Assembly (NCBI GenBank): GCA_049975765.1
Contig: JBNGDZ010000003.1
Coordinates: 6,269 to 52,084 of the forward strand
Length of the DNA stretch: 45,816 nt
Reading direction: 5' to 3'
Source of the DNA: Armatimonadota bacterium
GTDB lineage: Bacteria; Armatimonadota; Zipacnadia; Zipacnadales; UBA5352
The first letter of the stretch is position 1. The number at the start of each line of letters is the position of its first letter. Position numbers and translations under genes: made by a program. This document shows positions 18,612 through 27,488 of the stretch, in pieces. The notes below the pieces were generated by a model that was given only the letters and a program-made list of their open reading frames with translations, was not told the DNA's origin and did no database searches.

Positions 18612-19475
18612 ATGCCGGAACGATTCGACAGAGAGAGGTTCGATGACCTGGCGGGCGAGTTCCGCTACGTCATGACCGACATGATCTGCCGCTCCGGCTC
18701 CGGCCACCTGGGCGGGTCGCTGAGCCTGGTGGAGATCATGATCACGCTCTACTGGCGGATCATGAGGTATGATCCCGACAACCCGAAGTGGGAGGGCCGC
18801 GACCGCCTGGTGCTCTCCAAGGGCCACGCCGGGCCGGTGCTCTACGTGGCCCTGGCCTACCAGGGCTTCTTCCCCAAGGAGGAGCTGAAGACCATCAATG
18901 CCAACGGCACGCGGCTGCCAAGCCACGTAGATCGGCTGCAGACGCCGGGCGTGGACATGACCGCCGGGTCGCTGGGGCAGGGGCTGTCATGCGCCTGCGG
19001 CTTCGCCATGGCCGGGCGCATCCGGAAGCAGGACCACACGGTGTTCTGCATCGTGGGCGACGGCGAGAGCGACGAGGGCATGATCTGGGAGGCCGCCATG
19101 TTCGCCGGCCACAAGGGGCTCGACAACCTCGTGGCGATCACCGACTACAACAAGCTGCAGATCGACGGCTTCACGGACGAGGTCATCACCCTCGAGCCGC
19201 TCGTGGACAAGTGGCGGGCCTTCAACTGGGAGGTCATGGAGATGGACGGCCATGACTGGGACGACATCTACGACACCATCACCGCCGCCCAGCAGGTTGC
19301 CGGCAAGCCCACCATGATCATCGCCCACACCTGCAAGGCCCGTGACTGCACGGTGGCCGAGAATCGCCCGGAGAGCCACAACATCAAGATCCCGGACGAG
19401 GAGACCTTCGAGAGGTACATGTGCGGCCTGAGGCGCCAGGACTACACTCTCCCCTACGAGGTCGAACAGTCATGA
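18612..19475 (+). CDS. Transketolase, N-terminal (TPP-binding) subunit of a split enzyme
   Basis: Contains SGSGHLGGSLSLVEIM, DRLVLSKGHAGPVLY and CIVGDGESDEGMIWEA..FAGHKGLDNLVAITDYNKLQIDG. ATG 18612 has GGAGAGG upstream. Confidence 0.9.
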   Translation: MPERFDRERFDDLAGEFRYVMTDMICRSGSGHLGGSLSLVEIMITLYWRIMRYDPDNPKWEGRDRLVLSKGHAGPVLYVALAYQGFFPKEELKTINANGTRLPSHVDRLQTPGVDMTAGSLGQGLSCACGFAMAGRIRKQDHTVFCIVGDGESDEGMIWEAAMFAGHKGLDNLVAITDYNKLQIDGFTDEVITLEPLVDKWRAFNWEVMEMDGHDWDDIYDTITAAQQVAGKPTMIIAHTCKARDCTVAENRPESHNIKIPDEETFERYMCGLRRQDYTLPYEVEQS

Positions 19476-20428
19476 CCGATGTCCCGCTGCACGAGCTTGA
19501 GATGCGCGAGGTCTACGCCCTGACGCTGGTGGACCTGGCGGACAGCGACCCCGACATCGTCGTCGTGGAGGCCGACCTGGGCAAGGCCTCCGGCACCATC
19601 CCGACCTACTCGGAGGCCCACCCGGAGCGCTTCATCGACACCGGGGTGGCCGAGGCCGACATGATCGGTATCGGGGCCGGCCTGGCGGTGGATGGGATGA
19701 TCCCCTTCTGCGCCAGCTTCACACCCTTCGCCACCCGGCGGACCTACGACGCCATCACCATCTCGGTGGCCTACGCCGACGCCAACGTGAAGATCGTTGG
19801 CACCGCACCGGGCATCACCACAGGGGCCAACGGCGGCACCCACATGTGCTTCCAGGACTTGGCGATCATGCGGGTGATGCCCAACATGGTAGTCTTCTCG
19901 CCCTGTGACGTCTACGAGCTGTCATCGTGTGTGCGATGGATGGCGGAGTACGCCCACCCGGCCTACATGCAGATGATCCGCCCGGTGCAGCCGCAGATCT
20001 TCGACGAGGACTACGTCTTCGACCCCGAGACGGCGGTGCGACTGAGCGAGGGCGACGCGGCCACGCTGGTAAGCACCGGATGGACCACGCAGTTCGCGAA
20101 GCAGGCCGCCGAGGAGCTTGCTGAGGAGGGCATCGCCGTCGATCACCTCCACTACGCCTCCGTCAAGCCCTTCGATGAGGAGAGCCTGCTCGAGTCGGCG
20201 CGCAGGACCGGCTGGGTGGTGACCGTCGAGAACCAGAGCGTGATCGGCGGCCTCGGCGGCGCGGTCTGCGAGGTGCTCTCCGAGAGGCTGCCCACTCCGG
20301 TGAAGCGCCTGGGCGTCCACGACCAGTTCGGGGAGGTCGCCACCGAGGAGTACCTTCTCAATAAACACGAGATGAACGTCGAGCACATCAAGCGAGCCTG
20401 CAAACAGGGAGAGGGAAAACCACAATGA
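19472..20428 (+). CDS. Transketolase, C-terminal (pyrimidine-binding) subunit
   Basis: Contains FIDTGVAEADMIGIGAGLA.DGMIPFCASFTPFATRRTYD and GGTHMCFQDLAIMRVMPNMVVFSPCD. ATG 19472 forms an ATGA overlap with the upstream stop. Confidence 0.9.
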   Translation: MTDVPLHELEMREVYALTLVDLADSDPDIVVVEADLGKASGTIPTYSEAHPERFIDTGVAEADMIGIGAGLAVDGMIPFCASFTPFATRRTYDAITISVAYADANVKIVGTAPGITTGANGGTHMCFQDLAIMRVMPNMVVFSPCDVYELSSCVRWMAEYAHPAYMQMIRPVQPQIFDEDYVFDPETAVRLSEGDAATLVSTGWTTQFAKQAAEELAEEGIAVDHLHYASVKPFDEESLLESARRTGWVVTVENQSVIGGLGGAVCEVLSERLPTPVKRLGVHDQFGEVATEEYLLNKHEMNVEHIKRACKQGEGKPQ

Positions 20429-20925
20429 GGGTCGTCGTCGGCTCAGTCGTCAAGGGCTTCCTGCTCAAGAGCGCCGTCAGGGAGTGGCTGGAGGAGAACG
20501 GGCACGAGGTGATCGACGTCGGCTGCCACGACACCTCGACCTTCGTGAAGTTCCCGTCGATCGCCGAGCGCGCCGCGCGTGTGCTGCAGCAGGGCGAGGC
20601 CGAGCGCGGCATCCTCTGCTGCGGCTCCGGCACCGGAATGGGCCTGGCCGCGGGCAAGTTCGAGGGGATCTGCGCCGTCCCATGCGAGAGCCCCATGGCC
20701 GCGGAGTTTGCACGCACGGTGAACGACGCCAACGTCATGTGCATGGGCGAGAGCCTGGTCACGCCGGACATGGGCTGCCGGATGGCTGAGATCTTTCTGA
20801 CCGCCCAGTTCCAGGACGTGCCCGGCATCCCGCAGGAGGTCCTGGACTTCTGGGCGGAGGCCCGCGATGAGATCTGCGCTCGCGGCGATCTGGCCCGGGA
20901 GCGGGAGATGGAGACCCTGCAGTAG
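20425..20925 (+). CDS. RpiB/LacA/LacB-family sugar(-phosphate) isomerase
   Basis: 166 aa. Contains GILCCGSGTGMGLAAGKF.GI.A and NDANVMCMGE. Its start forms an ATGA overlap with the transketolase stop. Confidence 0.85.
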   Translation: MRVVVGSVVKGFLLKSAVREWLEENGHEVIDVGCHDTSTFVKFPSIAERAARVLQQGEAERGILCCGSGTGMGLAAGKFEGICAVPCESPMAAEFARTVNDANVMCMGESLVTPDMGCRMAEIFLTAQFQDVPGIPQEVLDFWAEARDEICARGDLAREREMETLQ

Positions 20926-20937
20926 CGGGTTGCGCAC

Positions 20938-21693
20938 GTGAGCGAGTTCACACGCTACGGGCTGGTCTTCCTGGTCGTCTTCCTGTCCAACTTCCAGGGC
21001 AGCATCACCGGCTTCGGAGCCACGGTGCTGTCGCTGCCCTTTGTGACGCTGCTCATCGGCCTGGACATGGCCGTGCCCGTGCTCGTGATGCAGGCCTGGC
21101 TGCTCGCCGTGCTCATCGTCATCGAGGCCTGGCGGCACATCCGCTGGCCCGCCTTCGGCAAGCTCTTGGGCTTCGTGGTAGTTGGGCTGCCAGTGGGCAT
21201 GTGGATGTCGGGCTACATGCCGGAGGGGCCGCTGAAGCTGGTCCTGGGGCTGTTCACGCTGGGGGTGGGTGTCCACGGCCTCATCCATCCGATGCCTGCA
21301 GACGTGGGCGCTGATGGACTGGACGGCTGGAAGGGTCGGGGCATTACCGCCCTGCTGCCGCTGGGTGGCGTCATCCACGGGGCCTTCGGCGCCGGGGGGC
21401 CGCTGATGGTCGTCTACTGCGCTCGGGCGCTTCCTGACAAGAGCCTCTTCCGCGTCACGATGAGCCTGCTGTGGCTGGTGCTGAACACGATCCTGATCGG
21501 CCGCTGGGCGGTCGCCGGGACGCTGACCATCGATGTCCTGCGCGTCGCCGGGATGTGCGTTCCCTTCACGCTCGCTGGACTGGCGCTGGGGGCGCCCGCG
21601 CATTACCGGGTGGATGAGCTGCTCTTTCGCCGGGTGGTCTACGGCGTGCTCATTGCCGCGGCGGTCGTGCTCCTGATCTCGGTCTTCAGATAG
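20938..21693 (+). CDS. TauE/SafE (TSUP) family anion exporter/permease
   Basis: 251 aa with a GTG start. Multi-pass membrane protein with an internally duplicated pattern (GSITGFGATVLSLPF ... GGVIHGAFGAGGPLMVVY) typical of TSUP/TauE proteins. Confidence 0.8.
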   Translation: MSEFTRYGLVFLVVFLSNFQGSITGFGATVLSLPFVTLLIGLDMAVPVLVMQAWLLAVLIVIEAWRHIRWPAFGKLLGFVVVGLPVGMWMSGYMPEGPLKLVLGLFTLGVGVHGLIHPMPADVGADGLDGWKGRGITALLPLGGVIHGAFGAGGPLMVVYCARALPDKSLFRVTMSLLWLVLNTILIGRWAVAGTLTIDVLRVAGMCVPFTLAGLALGAPAHYRVDELLFRRVVYGVLIAAAVVLLISVFR

Positions 21694-21713
21694 CGTCACC
21701 AGAGGTGCCTCTC

Positions 21714-24146
21714 ATGCAGACGCCGCCGCTCGCCGCGACCGTCACGATCGTCCTGCTGGCCGTGTCGGCGGGCCTCGCCACTGCCAGCGTCACACCGGTC
21801 GAGAACCGCCGGCCACGCGGGGCCATACTGATCTCCCCCGATCCGTCGCCCACCGAGCAGTTCGCCGCGGAGGAGATTCAGCGCGTCGCGCGCCAGGCCA
21901 CCGGGGCTGAGCTGCCGATCGTGAGCCAACCGCCTGACGGCCCGTTCATCTCCGTGGGGCGCACCGAACCGGCCGCCGATCTCGGCTACGAGGCTGACGC
22001 CGCCTCCCCTGACCCATATCTCATCCGCACTCTCGGGGAGGGCGTCTTCGTAATAGGCCGTGGCGATCGTGGCACCATCTATGCGGCCTATGACCTCCTG
22101 CGTCGCTTCCTCGGCGTGCGGTGGATCATGCCCGGCGACGCCGGCGAGATCATCCCGCAGAGCGATGACTTCACGGTGCCTGACGTGGACATCGACGAGT
22201 CGCCCGCCTTCAGATTCCGCATCGCCTCGGGCTTCCGCAGCCCGGAGTACGTGGACTGGGCGATCAGGAACCGGCTGCATATCCTGTCGCAGACCCCGGC
22301 GAGCTGGGGCGACCCCGAGATGGCCAAACGCGGCGGGTATATGAAGGGAACGATGCACCACGCCTTCGACGGCCTGCTCCCCGAGGCAGAGTACTTCGAG
22401 GAGCACCCGGAGTGCTACGCCCTCCGCGATGGTGTGCGCCGGGCGGGCCGGGGCACGCAGATCTGCGTCTCCAACCCCGACGTGAGGCGGATCGTCGCCG
22501 AGAAGGCCGTCGAGTACTTCGACCAGCACCCGGAGGCCACGTTCTTCTCGCTGTGCCCCAACGACAATCAGAACTGGTGCGAGTGCGACGCCTGCACCGC
22601 CTATGACACCGAGACCATGGAGCGCTGGGGCAGGACCTTCCCGGTCGTCAGCGACCGCTACTTCGCCTTCGTCAACGAGGTGGCGGACAGACTCGCGCAG
22701 GAGCATCCCGGCAAGCTCCTTTACACCTTCGCCTACCAGAACTACACCTGGCCGCCGAAGACGCACCTGCCGCGCCCCAACGTCATCGTCAGCCTCTGCC
22801 ACATGGTTCCGGCGTGCTACTCGCATCCGCTGACCGACGAGGAGTGCGAGAGGAACCGGCAGTTCAACGCGCTTCTTTCGGACTGGGCCGGGGTGCACGA
22901 GAACATGTGGTACTACGCCTACACCTGTAAGTCGATGTGGGAGCAGATGCCGTGGCCCATCGCTCGCCGGCTGGCGGCTGACATCCGGCGGCTGCACGAG
23001 GCCGGCTTCCAGGGCTTCTTCTCCCAGGGCTGGGAGTGGGTCTGGGGCCAGCTCGGCGTAAACTTCCGGGTGATGGCGCAGATGCTGTGGGACCCGGAGA
23101 CCGACGTTGAGGCCGCGCTGGACGAGTACTTCGACCTGGCCTTCGGCCCGGCGTCGCCGGCGATGCACGAGTTCTACCAGGCCGTGGAGGAGGCCTTCAC
23201 CGCGCCGGACGTTCACGTCCACCACGAGGTCGGCGAGTGGGGCGAGAAGGTCCTGCCGCCCCAGACGCGACGGAGGGCCACGGCCGCTCTGGAGCGGGCG
23301 CGTGAGCTGGCCGGCGGCGACCAGACGCTGCTGACGCGCATCGCGCCGGTGGCGGCGGCATACCGCTACGCCGAGCTGCGCGTGGAGGGGCTGGAGGCCG
23401 AGCGGCGCTGGCGCCGGACCGGGGACGTCGAGGCCCTCCAGCGCGCCACCGAGGCCTACTCCGAGATCATGCAGATCGCGGAGGCCAACCCCGGCGGCGA
23501 GGCGCTGCGGATCCACTCGGTCAACCGCTACGTGCGGCCCCGCTACGAGGCGATGCTGCTGCCCTATGACGCGCTGATCGCTCCGGAGGACCGGCGGCGC
23601 TACGAGTGGACGGAGGTCATGGCGGAGTCCTTCGAGCTCACCCCGGCCCAGCTCGCGGGTCGGTGGCAGATCCCCGACGAGGAGGATGCGGAGTACGGCA
23701 TCGAGCTTTCGACCTCGCGGGCCTCTGATGGCGAGACGTCGCTGCGGCTGTGGTCGGCGGTGCAGTCCGAGAACTCCGATCGCTGGACGGCGCTGCAGAG
23801 CGACTGGGTCATCGTGAACGCCATCAGCGAGCGCATCCCGGTCGAGCCCGGCGAGGCGATCCTGGTCACCGCCCGGGTGTTCGTGCCCGAGGACCTGCAG
23901 ATGACCTCGCGCGGAGCGACGCTTGGGCTCATCGGCTGGGACGAGCAGGGCGGCAATCCCAGGGGGTGGAGCGCCGGCTCCACCGAGGTCACGCAGCAGC
24001 CGCATACAGAGGGCTGGCGGCAGATGGCCGTCGGGCGGATCGTCCCGGGCAACGTCGAGAGGCTGGCCGTGCGCCTGGCCATCTGCGGGCTGGGAGAGTG
24101 CTACGTGGACCAGGTCCGCGTTCTGCGTGGAGCACCCGTACAGTAG
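21714..24146 (+). CDS. DUF4838-type putative glycoside hydrolase (GH20b-like N-domain), secreted
   Basis: Signal peptide. N-domain: AAEEIQRVARQATGAELPIV...YLIRTLGEGVFVIGRGDRGTIYAAYDLLRRFLGVRW. Also has the characteristic FFSLCPNDNQNWCECDACTAYD cluster. ATG 21714 has AGAGG 8 nt upstream; the track start 21705 is GTG. The 823-aa antisense ORF 21696..24167 is rejected. Confidence 0.75.
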   Translation: MQTPPLAATVTIVLLAVSAGLATASVTPVENRRPRGAILISPDPSPTEQFAAEEIQRVARQATGAELPIVSQPPDGPFISVGRTEPAADLGYEADAASPDPYLIRTLGEGVFVIGRGDRGTIYAAYDLLRRFLGVRWIMPGDAGEIIPQSDDFTVPDVDIDESPAFRFRIASGFRSPEYVDWAIRNRLHILSQTPASWGDPEMAKRGGYMKGTMHHAFDGLLPEAEYFEEHPECYALRDGVRRAGRGTQICVSNPDVRRIVAEKAVEYFDQHPEATFFSLCPNDNQNWCECDACTAYDTETMERWGRTFPVVSDRYFAFVNEVADRLAQEHPGKLLYTFAYQNYTWPPKTHLPRPNVIVSLCHMVPACYSHPLTDEECERNRQFNALLSDWAGVHENMWYYAYTCKSMWEQMPWPIARRLAADIRRLHEAGFQGFFSQGWEWVWGQLGVNFRVMAQMLWDPETDVEAALDEYFDLAFGPASPAMHEFYQAVEEAFTAPDVHVHHEVGEWGEKVLPPQTRRRATAALERARELAGGDQTLLTRIAPVAAAYRYAELRVEGLEAERRWRRTGDVEALQRATEAYSEIMQIAEANPGGEALRIHSVNRYVRPRYEAMLLPYDALIAPEDRRRYEWTEVMAESFELTPAQLAGRWQIPDEEDAEYGIELSTSRASDGETSLRLWSAVQSENSDRWTALQSDWVIVNAISERIPVEPGEAILVTARVFVPEDLQMTSRGATLGLIGWDEQGGNPRGWSAGSTEVTQQPHTEGWRQMAVGRIVPGNVERLAVRLAICGLGECYVDQVRVLRGAPVQ

Positions 24147-24191
24147 CCCCAGCCGACGGGGGCGCACATCTCGTCGAACGGAGGCAGGACG

Positions 24192-25736
24192 ATGAGGCCG
24201 ATGGCCGGTATCGTCGTGACGCTGGCGGCGGCGATCTCAGCGACCGGCAGCACATGGGCCAATGACGCGCGCGAGATCGGCGGGAATAAGCAACTCTTCA
24301 TCGATGAGGACTTCATTGAGGCGATGGAGGGGGTCCGGTTCACGCTCAACCCCGCGCGCAGGGCAGGCGAGGTGCTGCGCGCTGACGCACCCTGGGAGCC
24401 GACGGGACTTGGATACGTCACTGTCCTTCGCGATGCTGACCGATTCCGGATGTACTATGGGAGCTGGTACTGGCACCCCGACATCAAGGGCCACTGGATG
24501 GACAGGGTGGCGTATGCGGAGTCCGAGGACGGAATCCACTGGGAGAAGCCGAGCCTGGGACAGGTCGAGTTCGAGGGATCCGCGGACAATAACCTCATCA
24601 TGGTCGGGAAGTGCGGCGGTTACGTGCACGGAGGCTCCGTCCTCATCGACCCGCACGCGGCCTCGCCAGATGAGAGGTACAAGATGATCTTCGGGGACTT
24701 CTATCGGATCTACCCCTATGAGGGCTGCCCTCAGCACACCAGCATCAGCGGCGCCGTCTCCGCCGACGGGATTCACTGGAGATCCATCGACACCCCCCAC
24801 GGCCTGCTGTTCCCCTCAGGCGGCACCGACACCCAGAACGTGTGCTTCTGGGACCCGTACATCGAGAGGTACGTCGCCTACGTCCGCGTTAACGTCTATC
24901 GCCGCGACGAGGAGGGCAGGCCCGTCGGTCAGGCATCGCGGCGCATCGGCCGCAGCGAATCCGAGGTGTTCCGGGAGTTTCCGCCGGCGGTGGAGATCGC
25001 CGCTCCCGACGCGGACGATCCCGGCGGTGAGTGGGGCTGCGGTCTCTACAACTCCGCCGCCAGCATCTATCCCTTCGCGCCGGGCGTCTACCTCTTCTTC
25101 CCCTCAGTCCATCACTACGACACGGGGCTATGCGAGATCATGTTCGCCAGCAGCCGCGACGGCATTCACCTCGACCGCCGCTTCCGGCAGGCGTACGTGC
25201 CCATCGATCCCGGCGCCAGGCGGCTCGGCGAGCAGATCGGCTACTCGGCGTACATGGGCCCGGGCATGATCCGCGTCGGCGATGAGCTGTGGATGTACGG
25301 CGTGGAACACGAGACCCCGCACAACGGCCGGTGGTACGGCCGGAGGATCCCGGGCGCCATCCACCGCTACGCGCAGCGGCTCGATGGCTTCGTCTCCCTC
25401 GATGCTGCCGGAAGGCCAGGCACGGTGACGACGAAGCCCTTCGTGCTCCGGGGAACGCGGCTTGAGATCAACGCGAACGCCGATGTGGCCCCGCCCAACC
25501 CGCCAGACGAGGTCGGCAGCTCCATCACCGTGGAGCTTCTCGACCTCGATGGCGAGGTGCTCGCTACCTCGGAGGCGATCCATGGCGACGGCGTGGCGCT
25601 TACGCCCGTGTGGCGTGAGGGCGCCGACCTCTCCCAGCACCTTGGGCAGGCGGTCCGCCTGCGCTTCCGGCTGGACATGGCGAAGCTCTACGCCATCCAG
25701 ATCGCGGACGCCGAGCCGGTCGCCATCCGGCGGTAG
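24192..25736 (+). CDS. Secreted beta-propeller glycoside-hydrolase-like protein (GH32/43/117 clan-like)
   Basis: Signal peptide MRPMAGIVVTLAAAISATGSTWA. Contains KQLFIDEDFIE, RMYYGSWY, AYAESEDGIHWEKP and SADGIHWRS, a pattern of repeated buried Asp/Trp blades. The exact family is undeterminable by eye. Confidence 0.6.
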   Translation: MRPMAGIVVTLAAAISATGSTWANDAREIGGNKQLFIDEDFIEAMEGVRFTLNPARRAGEVLRADAPWEPTGLGYVTVLRDADRFRMYYGSWYWHPDIKGHWMDRVAYAESEDGIHWEKPSLGQVEFEGSADNNLIMVGKCGGYVHGGSVLIDPHAASPDERYKMIFGDFYRIYPYEGCPQHTSISGAVSADGIHWRSIDTPHGLLFPSGGTDTQNVCFWDPYIERYVAYVRVNVYRRDEEGRPVGQASRRIGRSESEVFREFPPAVEIAAPDADDPGGEWGCGLYNSAASIYPFAPGVYLFFPSVHHYDTGLCEIMFASSRDGIHLDRRFRQAYVPIDPGARRLGEQIGYSAYMGPGMIRVGDELWMYGVEHETPHNGRWYGRRIPGAIHRYAQRLDGFVSLDAAGRPGTVTTKPFVLRGTRLEINANADVAPPNPPDEVGSSITVELLDLDGEVLATSEAIHGDGVALTPVWREGADLSQHLGQAVRLRFRLDMAKLYAIQIADAEPVAIRR

Positions 25737-25797
25737 CAGTGGAATCCGCCGGCAGCGGGTCCGCCCCAGCACACCGGTCCGCCGCTGAGGCCCTCCC

Positions 25798-27441
25798 TCA
25801 CCGCTGCGCCAGAGCGGCAATCTCGCTGCCGCTCAGCGCACGTCGGTAGATGCGAAGGTCGCTGATCGATCCGCTGAAGTAGTCGTGCTGGCCGAAGCCG
25901 ATGCGCAGAGGCATGGCGCTGTCGATGTCGTAGTCCGCGGGCTGCCCCGCAGCGGACTGGCTGACGGGCTCCCCGTCCACGAACAGATTCAGCACCTCGC
26001 CCTCGCGCAGGGCGGCTACATGGCACCACCCCGCCGGCAGCGGATGGTCGTAGGTCGCCGCGGTGCCGGCCTGCATCCGGTAGACGCGGCCTGAGGGCAG
26101 CGTGCCGGCGTAGAGCCAGCCGTTGTGGATGGCCATGGTCCAAACGCGGCGATAGGTGACGTCGGGCGTGGTATCGAGCTGTCCGGTGAGGGTCCACGTG
26201 TCGGGGCCGTCGAAGCGATAGACCTGACCCAGCGGCAGCGTCCCCGCATAGATCCGCCCATTGTAGACCGCCATAGCCATGACCTCCTTCTCCCGACCCA
26301 GGCGGCCGACGTTCGTCCACCGGCCGCCTCCGTCGTAGCGATGGACCGAGCCGTCCGGCCACGTTCCCACGTACATCTCGCCCTCGTGAATCGCGAATGA
26401 GTAGGTCTGGGTGTTGTCCTCCTGCCTGCCGCAGAACTCCCAGTCCTCGCCGCCGAGATAGCGATGAACGCCTGCACTGCCGTTGCCGCTGGCCCACAGG
26501 GAGCCGTTGTGCACGGCCAATGCCATGGAGCGCTGGTCCCCCGGAGTGCCGCAGTAGGTCCAGTCCGTGCCTCCATCGTAGCGGTAGACGCCCGGGACGT
26601 ACATCGCTATGCCGTAAAGCTCGCCCCGGTAGACGGTGAGGCAGTAGGTTGCCCTGGCCTCGGGGATCTGGCCGCAGTCGATCCAGCTCCCGTCGTCTGC
26701 CATGCGGAAGACGTGCCCGCCGGGCGTGGTGTTCTCAGCCGCCGGCAGCAGCGAGCCCCTCGTGTTATAGGCTGCCGAGCCCACGTAGAGATCGCCGTCG
26801 TGCACCGCCATCGCCATTACGGAGTTGCTGTCGTCGGGGCTGCCGCAGTCCTCCCACTCGCCACCGCCGAGGCAGCGGTAGACGTGGCCCGCCTGGCCCT
26901 CGCCGGGCTCGCAGGTGCCGACGTAGAGGTCCCCGTCGTGGGCCGCCATGGAGGCAATGAACACCGCCTGACCCGGCCGGCCGCAGTCCTGCCAGCCGGT
27001 CATGCGCCCGTCGTCGATGCCGAACTGCAGCGTCCGGTAGTTGCTCTGGCTGGAGGTCATCCCGGCATGGTTGACGATAGTGAAGTTGAATCCGCGGCGG
27101 CGTGCAGGATCGTAGCTGGAACAGATGTCCCCGATGACATCGTCAAGCAGCTCGTCGGTGCGAACCCATGCCGCGATCGTGAGGTCGCCGCTGCCGAGGC
27201 GCAGGCTCGCATCATTCGGCACTTCCAGCCAGCTCGACAGGCCGTCAAACAGCGCCTCCTCCTCGCCGTCGGGGCCCGCGGAGTGCAGATTCACACCGTG
27301 GTTGACCGCATCGTTCCCGTGCCCTGAGTGGTCACGGCAATCGCCCGCAAGCGGCCAGTGTCCGACCAGCCCATCATCAATCGACGCCATGGTCGCACTC
27401 TCCAGCAGAAGCGGAGTAATGAGAATCAGCCGCCAGCGCAT
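25798..27441 (-). CDS. LamG (Laminin_G_3) domain protein with an inserted ~7-blade beta-propeller
   Basis: N-terminal LamG half: LVGHWPLAGDCRDHSGHGNDAVNHG...FDGLSSWLEVPND...LTIAAWVRTDE. Seven ~40-50-aa repeats follow (AHDGDLYVGT, VHDGDLYVGS, VYRGELYGIA, VHNGSLWASG, IHEGEMYVGT, VYNGRIYAGT, IHNGWLYAGT). C-terminal LamG half: WCHVAALREGEVLNLFVDGEPV...FSGSISDLRIYRRALSGSEIAAL. Start set at ATG 27441 (GGAG 8 nt upstream); ATG 27447 is also possible. Confidence 0.75.
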   Translation of the reverse strand: MRWRLILITPLLLESATMASIDDGLVGHWPLAGDCRDHSGHGNDAVNHGVNLHSAGPDGEEEALFDGLSSWLEVPNDASLRLGSGDLTIAAWVRTDELLDDVIGDICSSYDPARRRGFNFTIVNHAGMTSSQSNYRTLQFGIDDGRMTGWQDCGRPGQAVFIASMAAHDGDLYVGTCEPGEGQAGHVYRCLGGGEWEDCGSPDDSNSVMAMAVHDGDLYVGSAAYNTRGSLLPAAENTTPGGHVFRMADDGSWIDCGQIPEARATYCLTVYRGELYGIAMYVPGVYRYDGGTDWTYCGTPGDQRSMALAVHNGSLWASGNGSAGVHRYLGGEDWEFCGRQEDNTQTYSFAIHEGEMYVGTWPDGSVHRYDGGGRWTNVGRLGREKEVMAMAVYNGRIYAGTLPLGQVYRFDGPDTWTLTGQLDTTPDVTYRRVWTMAIHNGWLYAGTLPSGRVYRMQAGTAATYDHPLPAGWCHVAALREGEVLNLFVDGEPVSQSAAGQPADYDIDSAMPLRIGFGQHDYFSGSISDLRIYRRALSGSEIAALAQR

Positions 27442-27488
27442 GACCATGCTCCTCTCTCGTCGCCGGCGCTCCTACGTCTGGCGCCGCT

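Noticed and set aside
20425-20925. Assigning the gene symbols rpiB and tkt (housekeeping pentose-phosphate enzymes) to the isomerase and the split transketolase.
   Set aside because: The operon context, with a TauE exporter and an Fe-ADH, suggests a specialised catabolic role. The symbols were left blank because substrate specificity cannot be read from the sequence.
21696-24167. Very long ORFs lying antisense to, or out of frame within, well-supported genes. Examples: 21696..24167 (823 aa), 7270..9690 (806 aa), 28628..31051 (807 aa), 15917..17593, 14392..15975, 10197..11564, 43619..45175, 5717..6976, 310..1137.
   Set aside because: Their translations are Arg/Gly/Pro/His/Ala-rich low-complexity strings with no recognisable motifs. 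Each lies opposite, or out of frame with, a gene that has clear family signatures. Stop-codon scarcity in high-GC DNA produces such shadow ORFs routinely.
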